Part shown: in pieces, positions 10,401 through 21,100 of the stretch | Layout of the letters: each line of letters opens with the position of its first letter | How positions within the stretch are numbered: position 1 is the stretch's first letter | Assembly: GCA_013265495.1 (NCBI GenBank) | Contig: MU058337.1 | Coordinates: 6,244,716-6,308,715, forward strand | Length of the DNA: 64,000 nucleotides | From: Vicugna vicugna | Lineage: Eukaryota | Reading direction: 5' to 3' | Notes under the pieces: model-generated | Seen by the model: only the letters and a program-made list of their open reading frames with translations | The model's database searches: none | What the model was told of the DNA's origin: nothing | Program-made: the position numbers and the translations under genes

Positions 10401-11776
10401 ATTTCCAGGTAGGATAAGTTACATTCTAAATACTTTCAGATGTGCTAACATACTCTGGCATTGAAGCAGCCATCATTGGTGAAATAAAAAAGAGAACAAT
10501 ACACTGAAATGTTTGTATAAGAAAAATCTACCACAGAAACTTATGTATACTAAGCTGTCTTAATAGTTTGACTTAAAAAAAATAAATTATTAAAAGCCAA
10601 GGAAAAGATCATTCTTTTTGTGTCATCAGAGTAGCTGCTGAAATATACAGAAATTTAACTTTCTTTTTTATGTCATTTAAATATAAGGAATATATCATTA
10701 TACCATAATACGTATGAGATGACATGTTCAATTATGGACTCAAATACATTAAGTTCATAGATACTAAGTCTTCCTGTTTTTGCTTTTTTAATACCAAGAT
10801 GTGATGTGGCAGAATATCTAGTTGTCTTGCTGAGCATTTCTACTACCTGGACTAGGGGCCTTGTGTTCAAGGGCATTGTGTTCCTGGGGTGGGTAGAGCA
10901 GCTTAAAGGGGCCTTGGGCCCAAAGACTCTGGTAAATGGTTGATCTTTTTTGACTCTTAAGCAATGTTAGAATAAGCTTACTTCTGGCATCAGGTAAATG
11001 CCAGGTTCTGGCTGAGGCTTGTGGTCTTTACTAACATTTGTTAAGGTTCTGTTCCCCTAGGCTCTGAACTGCCCAGCAAGTTGTGAGGAAGGCTGGCAGA
11101 ATGAAGAGGCCAACAAGCCTCTCTGCCCAACTAGGCTTGTAAAAAAAAAAAAGTCCAGTGGTGAGATCATGAGTTTCATAGGTGTCTTTATTTCTGAAGA
11201 GAATAAGATTCTGTTATATTGCCTTTCCTTTTCCACCAGTGAAATCCTGGGAACACTCTGAAACCAAATGCCATTATTATAATTTTACTGTACCACCCCC
11301 AGTTTGCTTTTAATTGAGTATGTGTTTATTTTTCTTTTCTTTTTCTTTGGTCTTCACCCAAGCTGTGTCTTTGGCAGTGTCATTTTATCGGTATTTATCT
11401 TGGCAGGGGGATCTGCTTGAATTCTTGCATGTATAGATCCTGAGGGGAACGAGGACGTGGGTATTTGGGTCCTAGTTGCATTGGTATCACAGCCGGGACA
11501 CACACTAGTCATTCTCACCTTGACCCCTACGGTACTACAGGGGTTGATATCCAGCCCAGGTCCAAGGAGAGCCTCCAGGCCAGGGGACACCAGGCCCGTC
11601 CCTGAAGTATCCCTTCCCCATGGCATCCTGGAACATAGGAATTAGGAGTAGGAATTAGGCTGGGAGTTGGCCTTCAAGAGAATGGGAAATGCATCCTGAT
11701 GTTTGCCCTGAGATCTCTCTCTCAAGTAAGAGGTCTCTGAAAAGCACTTGGTAATCTTTCCTATGTTTTCTTGTAG
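7464..11776 (+). other. ZIC5: ZIC5 intron (4313 nt, GT-AG)
   Basis: GT at 7464 and AG at 11775-11776; removing the intron restores the HTGEKPF linker between fingers 3 and 4. Confidence 0.95.
8095..8320 (+). repeat. Degenerate CA-rich low-complexity tract in the ZIC5 intron
   Basis: Repeated acacac/cacact units. Confidence 0.8.
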
Positions 11777-12219
11777 GGGAAAAGCCTTTCAAATGTGAAT
11801 TTGATGGTTGTGACAGGAAGTTTGCCAACAGCAGTGATCGAAAGAAACATTCCCACGTCCACACCAGCGACAAGCCCTACTACTGCAAGATCCGAGGCTG
11901 CGACAAATCCTACACCCACCCGAGCTCCCTGAGGAAGCACATGAAGATTCACTGCAAGTCCCCACCGCCTTCTCCAGGAGCCCTGGGTTACTCATCAGTG
12001 GGGACTCCAGTGGGTGCCCCCTTGTCCCCTGTGCTGGACCCAACCAGGAGTCGCTCTAGCACTCTGTCCCCTCAGGTGACCAATCTCAATGAGTGGTACG
12101 TCTGCCAGGCCAGTGGGGCTCCCAGCCACCTCCACACCCCTTCCAGCAACGGAACCACTTCTGAGTCTGAAGATGAGGAGATATACGGGAACTCTGAAGT
12201 TGTGCGGACGATACATTAG
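11777..12219 (+). CDS. ZIC5: ZIC5 coding exon 2: zinc fingers 4-5 and C-terminus
   Basis: Acceptor TTTTCTTGTAG|GG at 11776/11777 completes the Gly codon. Reading continues [64 protein letters not shown]...NLNEWYVCQ...VVRTIH with TAG at 12217-12219. Joined CDS is 1528+443=1971 nt, giving 656 aa. Confidence 0.97.
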
Positions 12220-14515
12220 AAGTCATTAGTAATCATAATAAGTAAAATAATAAGTGGGAGCCCTTGGACCATATCCTAACCTGAGACAATGCCGAGCCTG
12301 AGACAAACCCATGACTCAGACTTGCCACCGGGTCTAATTAGCCCTATTTATTCGGTATGAAACCCTATGGTGTTTGTACATTTAATTAATTTAATTAAGA
12401 TATTTGGGCTTTTTTTTTTTTCTTAGAAAACAAACAAACACAAAACCCAACCAAGCTGGACTTGTATGTTGCAGGGGGACAGGCCTGGGAGCAAACTGTA
12501 CCAGGGGAAATGAAAGGAGGGATCAGTTAATCGAGATACACACTGCCAATGCAATATATATGGTTTTTAAAAGGGTGAGAGAAAGAGCATGAAGTCAGAA
12601 CTCCACACAGCAACAAGGCCCTCTGCATTTCCTGGAGTGCCTCATGAATGCCTTTGACACCATAATGCGCTTCTCTGGAGTCTCTGCCTCCTGCTTGGGC
12701 CCTAATTCTGCAAAGCCCTCTTGATTGTAAACCACACACTTGCTGCATTGCCCACAGATCTTGGACTATACCTGTGTCCAAAAATATTTGTAAAAAACCC
12801 TTTAAGTTCTAATACTTATAATTTTTGATTTCTATTCTTATTACTGATCTCACTGTAACGCTATTTTTATACAGGATTATTTCTTCAATACCCTGCTTGT
12901 ATGATTTAACAAAGGAAAAAAAAAGATGCAGCAACCTTAGTTCATCTCCATATATTGTGCTACTGTGATTGTCAAGCTAAGTGGAGAGAAGAAAAAGCTG
13001 CTGTCATAGACAACTGTGAAACTGTGATATTTGATAAAATAGAAGAAATTCAAGTGCTCTCTTTCTCCTCTATCTTTTTTTTTAAACTGAAATGTCAGAT
13101 GCTGCCTCTTTACTCTGTCCAAACTTCTTGTGTAATAAAGAGATTATGTTTTAGAGCATAAGTTCTTTGGGATGCCAAAATTAACAGGCAAGTGTAAGGA
13201 GGTGTGATGTTGGCAACATGCCTACTTTTTGGGAACGCTGTTTTAAAAACAGGCCAACCCCTCTTTTATACTCTTGTATCAACCTTTTAAAAAGTCCTTA
13301 TTTTTCAATACCTGAAATTGCATTTTGATGCGTTTTCTTCCACCTGAGCACACATAACTGTCCCATTTGAAAATGAAAGTATGATTTACATTAAAAGAGG
13401 GGAGGGAGTTGCTATACATATTAAAATTTTTTAAAGGTTTATAGTTACCACCAAACACTGATGAATGTGTGACCTTTGCCAGAGCTGTCAAGCTAGTATA
13501 AGAAAGGTCAAGGACCTAGGACAATAACTCTTAGTCAATTTATTTTCGGTTGGTACAACACATCTTGTGTGCAAAATATAGTCCATCATAAACATCATAC
13601 AAATATACTAAAGAGCACTAATTTATCCTCAGAGACCCTGAAGACACCCCCTCCCCAGGGTTTGTAGAAATTTGTGTGCTGTGAGTGGTTGATGTAGTCT
13701 TGTCATTGTTAATAACTTGTATGTGAACACTATTATTTGTACAGTTGAATTAATTTATTGTCAGACATCCTTTTTTTTTTCTGGAAGAGTTCAAAGCACA
13801 CCAAAGAATTATATTATACATTTTGGTGAAAGATTGTCATTTATGGTGTACAATTTATTTAAAAAAAAAAAGGAAGGAAAATGGGAAAATATATTTTTAA
13901 ACTTACTTGAATGAACAACGTAATGTGAAAATCAGGACTCTTCCTGCATGTCTCTTGCATTGTGTTGATGAGATTATATATAGTTTATAGATATATTCTA
14001 TCACTAGTACAGTGCATGGTGCTGTCACTTTGAAAGCCTTTCAATGTTGTCTTCAGATTGTAACAGTGAATATGAAACATGCAGACCCTCCTTTATAAAG
14101 AAAAAGACCATAAAACTTGAATATAAAATAATTCTACATTTTAAAAGTTTATTTGATTTTCATATTATTCACTTTTAAAGCTCTTTCAAATAGACAAAGA
14201 TGAGCTATGAACTTTGGGGGGATAATTTATGTATCGTAAACTTATTAGAACAAAATACTCCTGATTTATAATGAGTTGTTTTATTTATACAACTTTTTCA
14301 ATGGTAGTTTGCACTATTCTTTATTATGCTACAGGTTTATTTATTATGAAACAAAGGAATATGTATTTTATGTATTTTGCCATGCATAGGTTAATTCTCT
14401 GCCAGATTTATTGGTTCGTGATACACCTAAAATGAAAACAAAATGTGTACCTCCAATAGAAAGAATGATTATGAAGTAAAAAATTTAATAAAGGTATTCT
14501 TCCTATGTACTGCTT
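12220..14515 (+). other. ZIC5: ZIC5 3' UTR (about 2.3 kb, AU-rich, repeat-free)
   Basis: AT-rich, transposon-free sequence after the stop codon, with many ATTTA/TTTTAT motifs, running to AATAAA at 14487. The end is inferred from the signal. Confidence 0.7.
14487..14492 (+). terminator. Probable ZIC5 polyadenylation signal
   Basis: AATAAA preceded by TGTA (14446) and followed by T/GT-rich sequence (ttcttcctatgtactgcttatgtttt). A proximal AATAAA also exists at 13134-13139. Confidence 0.6.
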
Positions 14516-17259
14516 ATGTTTTACATAATGACATAGCTCTGCCATTCTCTTCCAGACAGAACAGGTTGCTCATGTGGTGATTATTATAGTAATTATTAGG
14601 CTCTCTTCCCTTGATCAGTTTATTTCCTCACCCTCCCCAAGCAATAGAATATTTTTACAGCTTGGTTTAATTTACAATCTAATCTAGAAAATACAGTATA
14701 TTTATGAAGACTAAACCTGCAGGTTGCATGGAACACTAGCATAAATCTTCGGGTTTGCTGCATTCATTTGTTAAAATTAGTAATATCCTCAGTGATCCTA
14801 ATCGGTGGAGAGCTGAAAAGCAAATTTTAGCCTGCCTTTGCTGCCTAGCTTCTCAAGAAAAAGGGTAAAAAAGAACAAGAAAAAGATGGAGGGACAGTGA
14901 GAGGTTTCCAGATACAAAAATCAGGAACCAAGATGGCTATGGAGTTAAATATCCTGAAAGAAGTTGAGTCATGCATATCAAATACCTCTTGTATCAGGTG
15001 ATAGCAGCAGAATCCAATTTTATTGTGTTTTATTTGGAAGTAGAGTGGAGATAAGCAACTTAGCTCAGCATTTTGGGGCAGGTATTAAAGAGAAAGTAGA
15101 AAATACCCCAAGTGGCATGAAGTAATACAATTGGCTATCCACATTAACAAAGCTGAACACGTTTGCTTGTTTTTAGGTTGGCTGATACAAAACTGATAAA
15201 AAGGCAAGTAGTTAAAAACAATTGGTAGTGATGTCAACAGTTCTCTAAAAGGTTATAGTGGTTTTTAAAAGTCAGGTTTGTTAAATGTAGTAAAGGTGAA
15301 ACAGGTTGCAAAGAGTTGTTTGAAGCCAGATGACAATGACTAGCACACGAAGGAGAAAAACACTCATAAATGAAGGCCCCCATCAATGGGAAAACTTATA
15401 GCTCTCTAATGAAGTTTCTTGTGAAAAGAAGGGTGACACAAAGCCACCAAGACATGAATCATTCATGGGAAATATAAAAGATAAAAGATATCTGACAAAG
15501 AGCAGAACCTTGTATAGAGTGTATAAAACAAGTTTCCCCTTCTTATTTTCTGCTTTAAAACTCACAATCTCCCACTCCCAGCGTTCTCTGTCCAGTCTAT
15601 AGAGTTAAAATTGACCACTGCTCGTCCTGCGCCACTTCAAAGTAATTTAGTCCAGAACGGAAGGCTTGGCGCTTGGACAATCTTCATGGTGTGTTAAGAT
15701 TTCTATGGCAATTGGCAAGCAAGACGTTCCCATCTGAATATGTCTCAAAGAAAGCCACTTATTGACACTAAGTTGGCTATCATCAAAGACTTCATCTTTC
15801 CTAGGCAAAACGTGGCCCTCGTGGCCCTTGCAAACACTGCTTAAATCATCTACCTTTGTTTTCCAGGCTAGGAGAATCTTCAAACACATGATTATTTGTA
15901 TTATTTATGTATATATTTCCCCATTCAGGATGTTCTTTGGTAAAGCTAATGCTCCTAAAATCTAAAGTACTAAGAAAGAGCTTGAGGGTGGGGATTATAT
16001 TCTTTTCAAGCAGTTGGAGACGGCCACAAGAGAGGGATAGTACTGGAGACAGGAAAAGAGGAGGCCCAAACTCCTTGAAAGCTAGGCCCAACGGACTGTA
16101 AATGCAGTCTTGCCATTTACATCTCACATTTTATGGATGCTTTCAGAGACCATAGTGGTTCTATCTATCAATCAAGCATCTCTTTATGAAAGGGGACAAG
16201 AGATGTTCACCTAAAGTATTTTTTATTCCAGTTTGGTTAGGACATACAACTGGGTAGGAGGGTGTGGAGACAATCTGATTTCTCAAGTGATCCCCTTAAA
16301 TCAGAGGAAGAAAGGAAAGCTGAACACAAGAGAAACAAAACAATCCAGCAACATATTAATACTTTCAGCTTGTCACACCACACTGCCCACTCGCCTATCA
16401 TCCGAGGTCTACCAAAATAGCCAGGAACCCCACCCATCCAGGGCTGGAGGGTTGGGAAGGAGACCCATAGAGAAACCACCCTGAGATTGCTAGCATACTT
16501 CCCCTCAATGAACAAAAACTCAGACACTCATACTCTGCCATCCCCCACCCCTCCATGCCCAAGCAGAAACTCGGGGGCACACATTCACACAACCCAGAGT
16601 GCCTAATCAGGCAGGGAGAAGTTCAAAGGCATGTTCTTTGAAATTCAAAATACAGCTTTTATGGTACATCCACTCAGAGCCTCGGCATTGCTATGGCAAT
16701 GGGCAGGGCCAGGGGAGTCTCTGGCAGAGGGTCCACAGTGATTCGAGACACTCTATTAAGATACAGTTGCAGTGACCTTTTCTTTCACGCCAAGTTAGCT
16801 CAGTCAGTCTTCATCTGATTAGAAATATATATTACATATCACATTACATAGATGTAATACATGTAATACATATATATGTCTTTCCATCCACTTTTGTCAA
16901 GATTCCGCCTTAGAACCTCCCGTTTTGAGAGAAAGGAGGAAGAATAAGAGGAGCGAGAAAGCCAAGTGGGGGTGGGGGTGGGTGATGTCAGAAGAGCGGG
17001 GAGCCGGGCAGGAGAGCCCCAGCCCCAGTTCCTCTTCCTTCTCTCCCCACCTAAGCACTTTTACTTGCAGAGCGATTGTTCTTTGTTTATTTAATACAAG
17101 TACTGTGTGAATGGTGAAAAATAAACACGATGAAAAATAACCAAACAGATGATTCCTCCGAGTGAAAAAGCCCGGACTTAATAAAAGTGCGAAGCAGTTA
17201 CCGCTGAATGAGAAACCCTTTGAAGTGGAACTTATTATAGGAGGAATACTTTGGGGTTG

Positions 17260-18700
17260 CCTTAACGACGCCGCTGAATCGAAAGCGCTCGCCTTTGTCA
17301 GCGATTTGTTCTCCTTTGCTGGGGTGCCCGGAGAAATTACTTACATGGGCTGCCTTAACATGCAGCCTGCAAATCAGTAACTTTGCAGCTCAGACTTGCA
17401 GACGCCACTCGGCAACAGACAAAAAGAAGTCAGGGGGAAACGCACCAACCTTTCACGCCGAGTCTCTGCGGATGGGGATGCAAGGGCCTGTTGGGGGCGG
17501 CAGATAAGAAGTTGTCTTACAACTGTCCCCCCCACACACACACCCCCGGGTTCTCCACCCTCAGCCCCACCCCCACGCTGACTTCCGAGCCTGGGCCGGG
17601 GCCTCGGCCGGCGGCCTTGCTAGGATACAAGGGAGGCTCGGGCCTCTCCAGGGCCCTCCGGCGAGGGGCGCTCTTCCGCGCGCTGGCCGGGCGCCGGACG
17701 TTCCCAGCAGTCCGGGCCATATTTAATAAGGGTCGTTTATCACCCAGGCGCTTTGAAGGGTCGCCTCCAGCCCTGTGCCCATTAGAAAGGCGGAGGTGAC
17801 ATTTAAACTCCGTTTTCAAGGATCGCGGGGGGATTTCAATGAAAAGGCAACTCGTTTGTCTTATGGGCCTGGAAACAACCCCCTTCTCGCTCCTTTTGAC
17901 CACATGGCATAACTCAAAAACAATAGTTCAAAAGTGAAATGGCATCGTGGTGTTCACTCGAAGACAGGCCCCCATCTAGCACCAGAGAAAAGAGGTAGTC
18001 CGCAAGACAATGTGCTTTTTGTGTCCGGCTCTGTCACAAGGGTTGTGTTGTTTGCTTTGGAGGCTGCGCCTGTTATACTTTGCTGAAAGTGCTTGTGTTA
18101 AACAAGAGTTATAAGTCATCCAAAACAACAAACATTTTGATTTTCTTTGCCTAAAGGGCTTTCCTTGGCTATGGGCACCGTGAAAAAATAATGTCCTTGC
18201 TGAGAAAGGAACACCAGTAGTAGCATTAGAAGCGGGCGCATTAAATATTGAATGACACGGGGAAAAAGAGCTTGTCGAGGGGCACTCAGCCTTAAAGTCT
18301 TTCTTCAACTTTGTCTTCGGTGGCTGCCGGACTATTTAAGATGGTATTAATTAAGGCAGCTTCGGATGCCGCTGAGCCCGCCGGCCCCTCGGCCGAGCTC
18401 GTCAATGGGCCTGTGTCCCCGTGCTCTGCTCACGCGTTGGTTGAGCAGAGTGCAAATGTCACTTCTCATTTGCAGGCTGAAGAGAAGGGCCCATCCTACA
18501 TTAAGGGCAGCAGGGATGCAGTCAGCAGCAGGCGTTAAAGGAATAAGAGGGGCTGGGGTGAGAGGGGAGGGGAGGCGGGAACAAAATGGGAACATCTGCC
18601 CTGGGCCGGGGAGGAGAGCCCGCCTGCGTGCACTGCTTTTGGCACATCTTGGAGAGTGTTGTTTACCAAACAAGGGCCACGCGGGACTCGTGGGGCTGGG
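17260..18700. promoter_or_regulatory. CpG-rich enhancer-like block downstream of ZIC5
   Basis: CpG-dense core at 17540-17830 flanked by repeat-free AT-rich stretches that still retain CpGs. Confidence 0.6.
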
Positions 18701-19972
18701 ACAATTTAAAACCCAGCCCTGAAAAAAATCCATTAGGCAGTCTGGCAGAGCATTATTTCACAAAGGGAGTAGCTTCTACAAAGAAAGACAAAGGCTTGGT
18801 GCAAATTGGCTTCTTTGCTGGCTTCCTCCTCCCCTCTAAGTTCCCCTTTGCAGGTCACAAATAAAGCCCAAACGGCCTCAGCCAAGGACTTCTGATCCAA
18901 TTTTACAGATGGTGAAACTAAGACCTCAGGAAAGACTTAGAGAAGACTTCTGTTAGTGTTCCCCTGAAGAGTGGGAAGTTGAGACCCTCATTGAGACAGA
19001 AGACCCAGGTAGGGGTGGAGCTCTGTTTAAGGGCAAGGACAGCCACACAGGAGTTACCCCTCCTCCTCCATTCTAAGCATTTGATTCAAAATCAAATGGA
19101 AGTTTATTTCGGCAGTGGGAAATTCCTAACATTAAAAAAAAAAGGAATGAAGCTAACTGTCAACTAACTGTGACATAAATGCAATGCATGCTTTATGAAA
19201 CCCCACTATCAATTCTTGATGAGGAGAGACAAGACTTGGCTGGGTAGAAGGGTGCAGAACGCCCTGGCAGATTGGTTTCTGGAGCCAGAATCCCCCACGG
19301 GAGCCCTGTCTCCCGGTGTGGAGTTCCAGATGGACATGGGCCTTCTCTTTCACCACAAGGTCCCTTGGAGGTGGGGGGAAATGCAGCCAAATGCTCTTTC
19401 CTCTGTGTGTATGTGAGAGAGAGACGGATTTGGATCCTTGAAGCTGCATACAGGGGTCCAGCACCCTTAACTCTAGATCCATTTGCATGTTGGATTCTCC
19501 TCAGGATGTGTGCCCTCAGGGCTCCTCCGCCTCCTGAGTAAGGAGAGATCAAGATTCCCACCAAGTGCCATCCTGCAGGAGAAGCAGTTCTGGCTGGGCA
19601 GGGCTGGGCTCTTTGAGCAAGGGGGGGAGGGGGCGGGTAGCTCGGATAGATCTGCCCACAGAGACTGGGGCTGAGGCCTACACCCTCCACTCCATTGGAA
19701 ACTGGAGGCATCGCCTTCGGGGCTGGTCAGGACGTTGGCCGAGGTGGTCGTTGGGAGGAGAGAGGGCTGTGCCAGAACAGCCCCCTACCCCCTCCAACAG
19801 CAGGTCTGCAAAACCTATGACTAGGGCTCACATGCCCAACCGCCGTCCTGGGTGATCTTTCTTTCATCTTTCTTCTGTCCCTTTCTCCCTGCCTCTACTT
19901 CTTTTTTGCACTAACAGGCCCCAGGTCAGGGTAAGGAGTGCAAAAACGTAGTTTTTTGGCCCGGAACGCTGT

Positions 19973-20002
19973 CGCGCGCGCGCGCGCGCACACACACGCA
20001 CA
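19973..20002. repeat. (CG)8(CA)n alternating purine-pyrimidine tract
   Basis: cgcgcgcgcgcgcgcgcacacacacgcaca. Confidence 0.95.
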
Positions 20003-21038
20003 GCTCAACACTCGCCCCCCCTGTGCCCCTGCCCCAGCCAGTGCACTGGGCACACGCCCGGGCTCCAGGCACCGTGCCAAGAGCACCCTGCGTGGCACAC
20101 TGGTTGAAGTTCCTGCACGAAGTGGCGGGGGTGGGGTGAGGAGGGAGGGGTGGGCGGCGGTGGATGCCGCTGACTGCTGGCAGTGCGCACAAGTTCAGTG
20201 CTCAACTTCCCGCTCTTAACGAGACCCGGGATCCCTTTGGAGAGGCCCTCGGGAGCTGGCGGCGGGGCTGGGAGTGGCGTGGGTAAGCTGGCCGGTGCGG
20301 GGCGCGGGCGGCGGGGCACGAGGGCGCGACAGGAGGAGGGCGCGAGGGTGCCCGCGGCCGGCCGGGCGCTCTGAGAAGTCAGCGCGAGCAGCTGTGACTT
20401 CACCTATTAGCCCCGATGTCTTTCCGAGGAGCCTGGTGGAGTTAAACAGCCCACAATGGGCGCTCTGGGGCGCCTCCAGCCTGACCTCCACCCGGGTTTA
20501 ATAGTTTCATAGGAACTTCATTAAATCAATTACTTAGTGAGCACATCATCATTTATTTGTAATTAGCAGCGAGGAGCGCGCTCTCTCCCCAAGCCCGCGG
20601 CCCAGGTCCCAGCGGGGTTGGCGGAGTTGTGCAAGCACTTTTGTTTGTTCGAGTGTTGACTCCCGGCATTATTCGGCCCCGGTAATCTTTACGTCTTAAT
20701 CTAGCATTCAGGGGGCGAAGGGAAAACAAACAGGGCGCAGGCCGGAGGCCAGCCCTGCGGCCCCAGTCGCGCGCACCGCACGGCCCTCGCTCCGCGAGCA
20801 GGGCGTGTCTCCGCAGCCCCCTCTCCTCCCGGCGGAGACGGCCTCCAGCGAGGGGCACCACCGGGGCAGAGGCGCTGGAGGGGAATGAGCCAGGCCAGGG
20901 GTCTCAGAAGGAAAGTAGCGAAGGAAGAGGCGGTCAAGGAGCGAAGAGGGAACCGGCGCTGGAAAGCACGTCGCCCAAAGCAAGCTCAAAAATAAAACGT
21001 CCGGGATCGTGTGTGTGCCGGTGGCGTCGGAGGGGGAA

Positions 21039-21100
21039 TGCGTGTATATGCACGTGTGTGTGTGTGTGTGTGCGCGTGTGCGTGCCTGTGCACGCGCGCA
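21039..21100. repeat. (TG)n/(CG) alternating purine-pyrimidine tract
   Basis: tgcgtgtatatgcacgtgtgtgtgtgtgtgtgtgcgcgtgtgcgtgc. Confidence 0.9.

Noticed and set aside
12063..12082. Internal CAG/GTGACC in exon 2 as an alternative splice site
   Set aside because: Weak consensus and no identifiable partner exon; the frame continues through the conserved NEWYV motif.
16824..16880. AT-rich imperfect hairpin (attacat...atgtaat twice)
   Set aside because: Low-complexity TA/CA sequence that is expected to show such symmetry.
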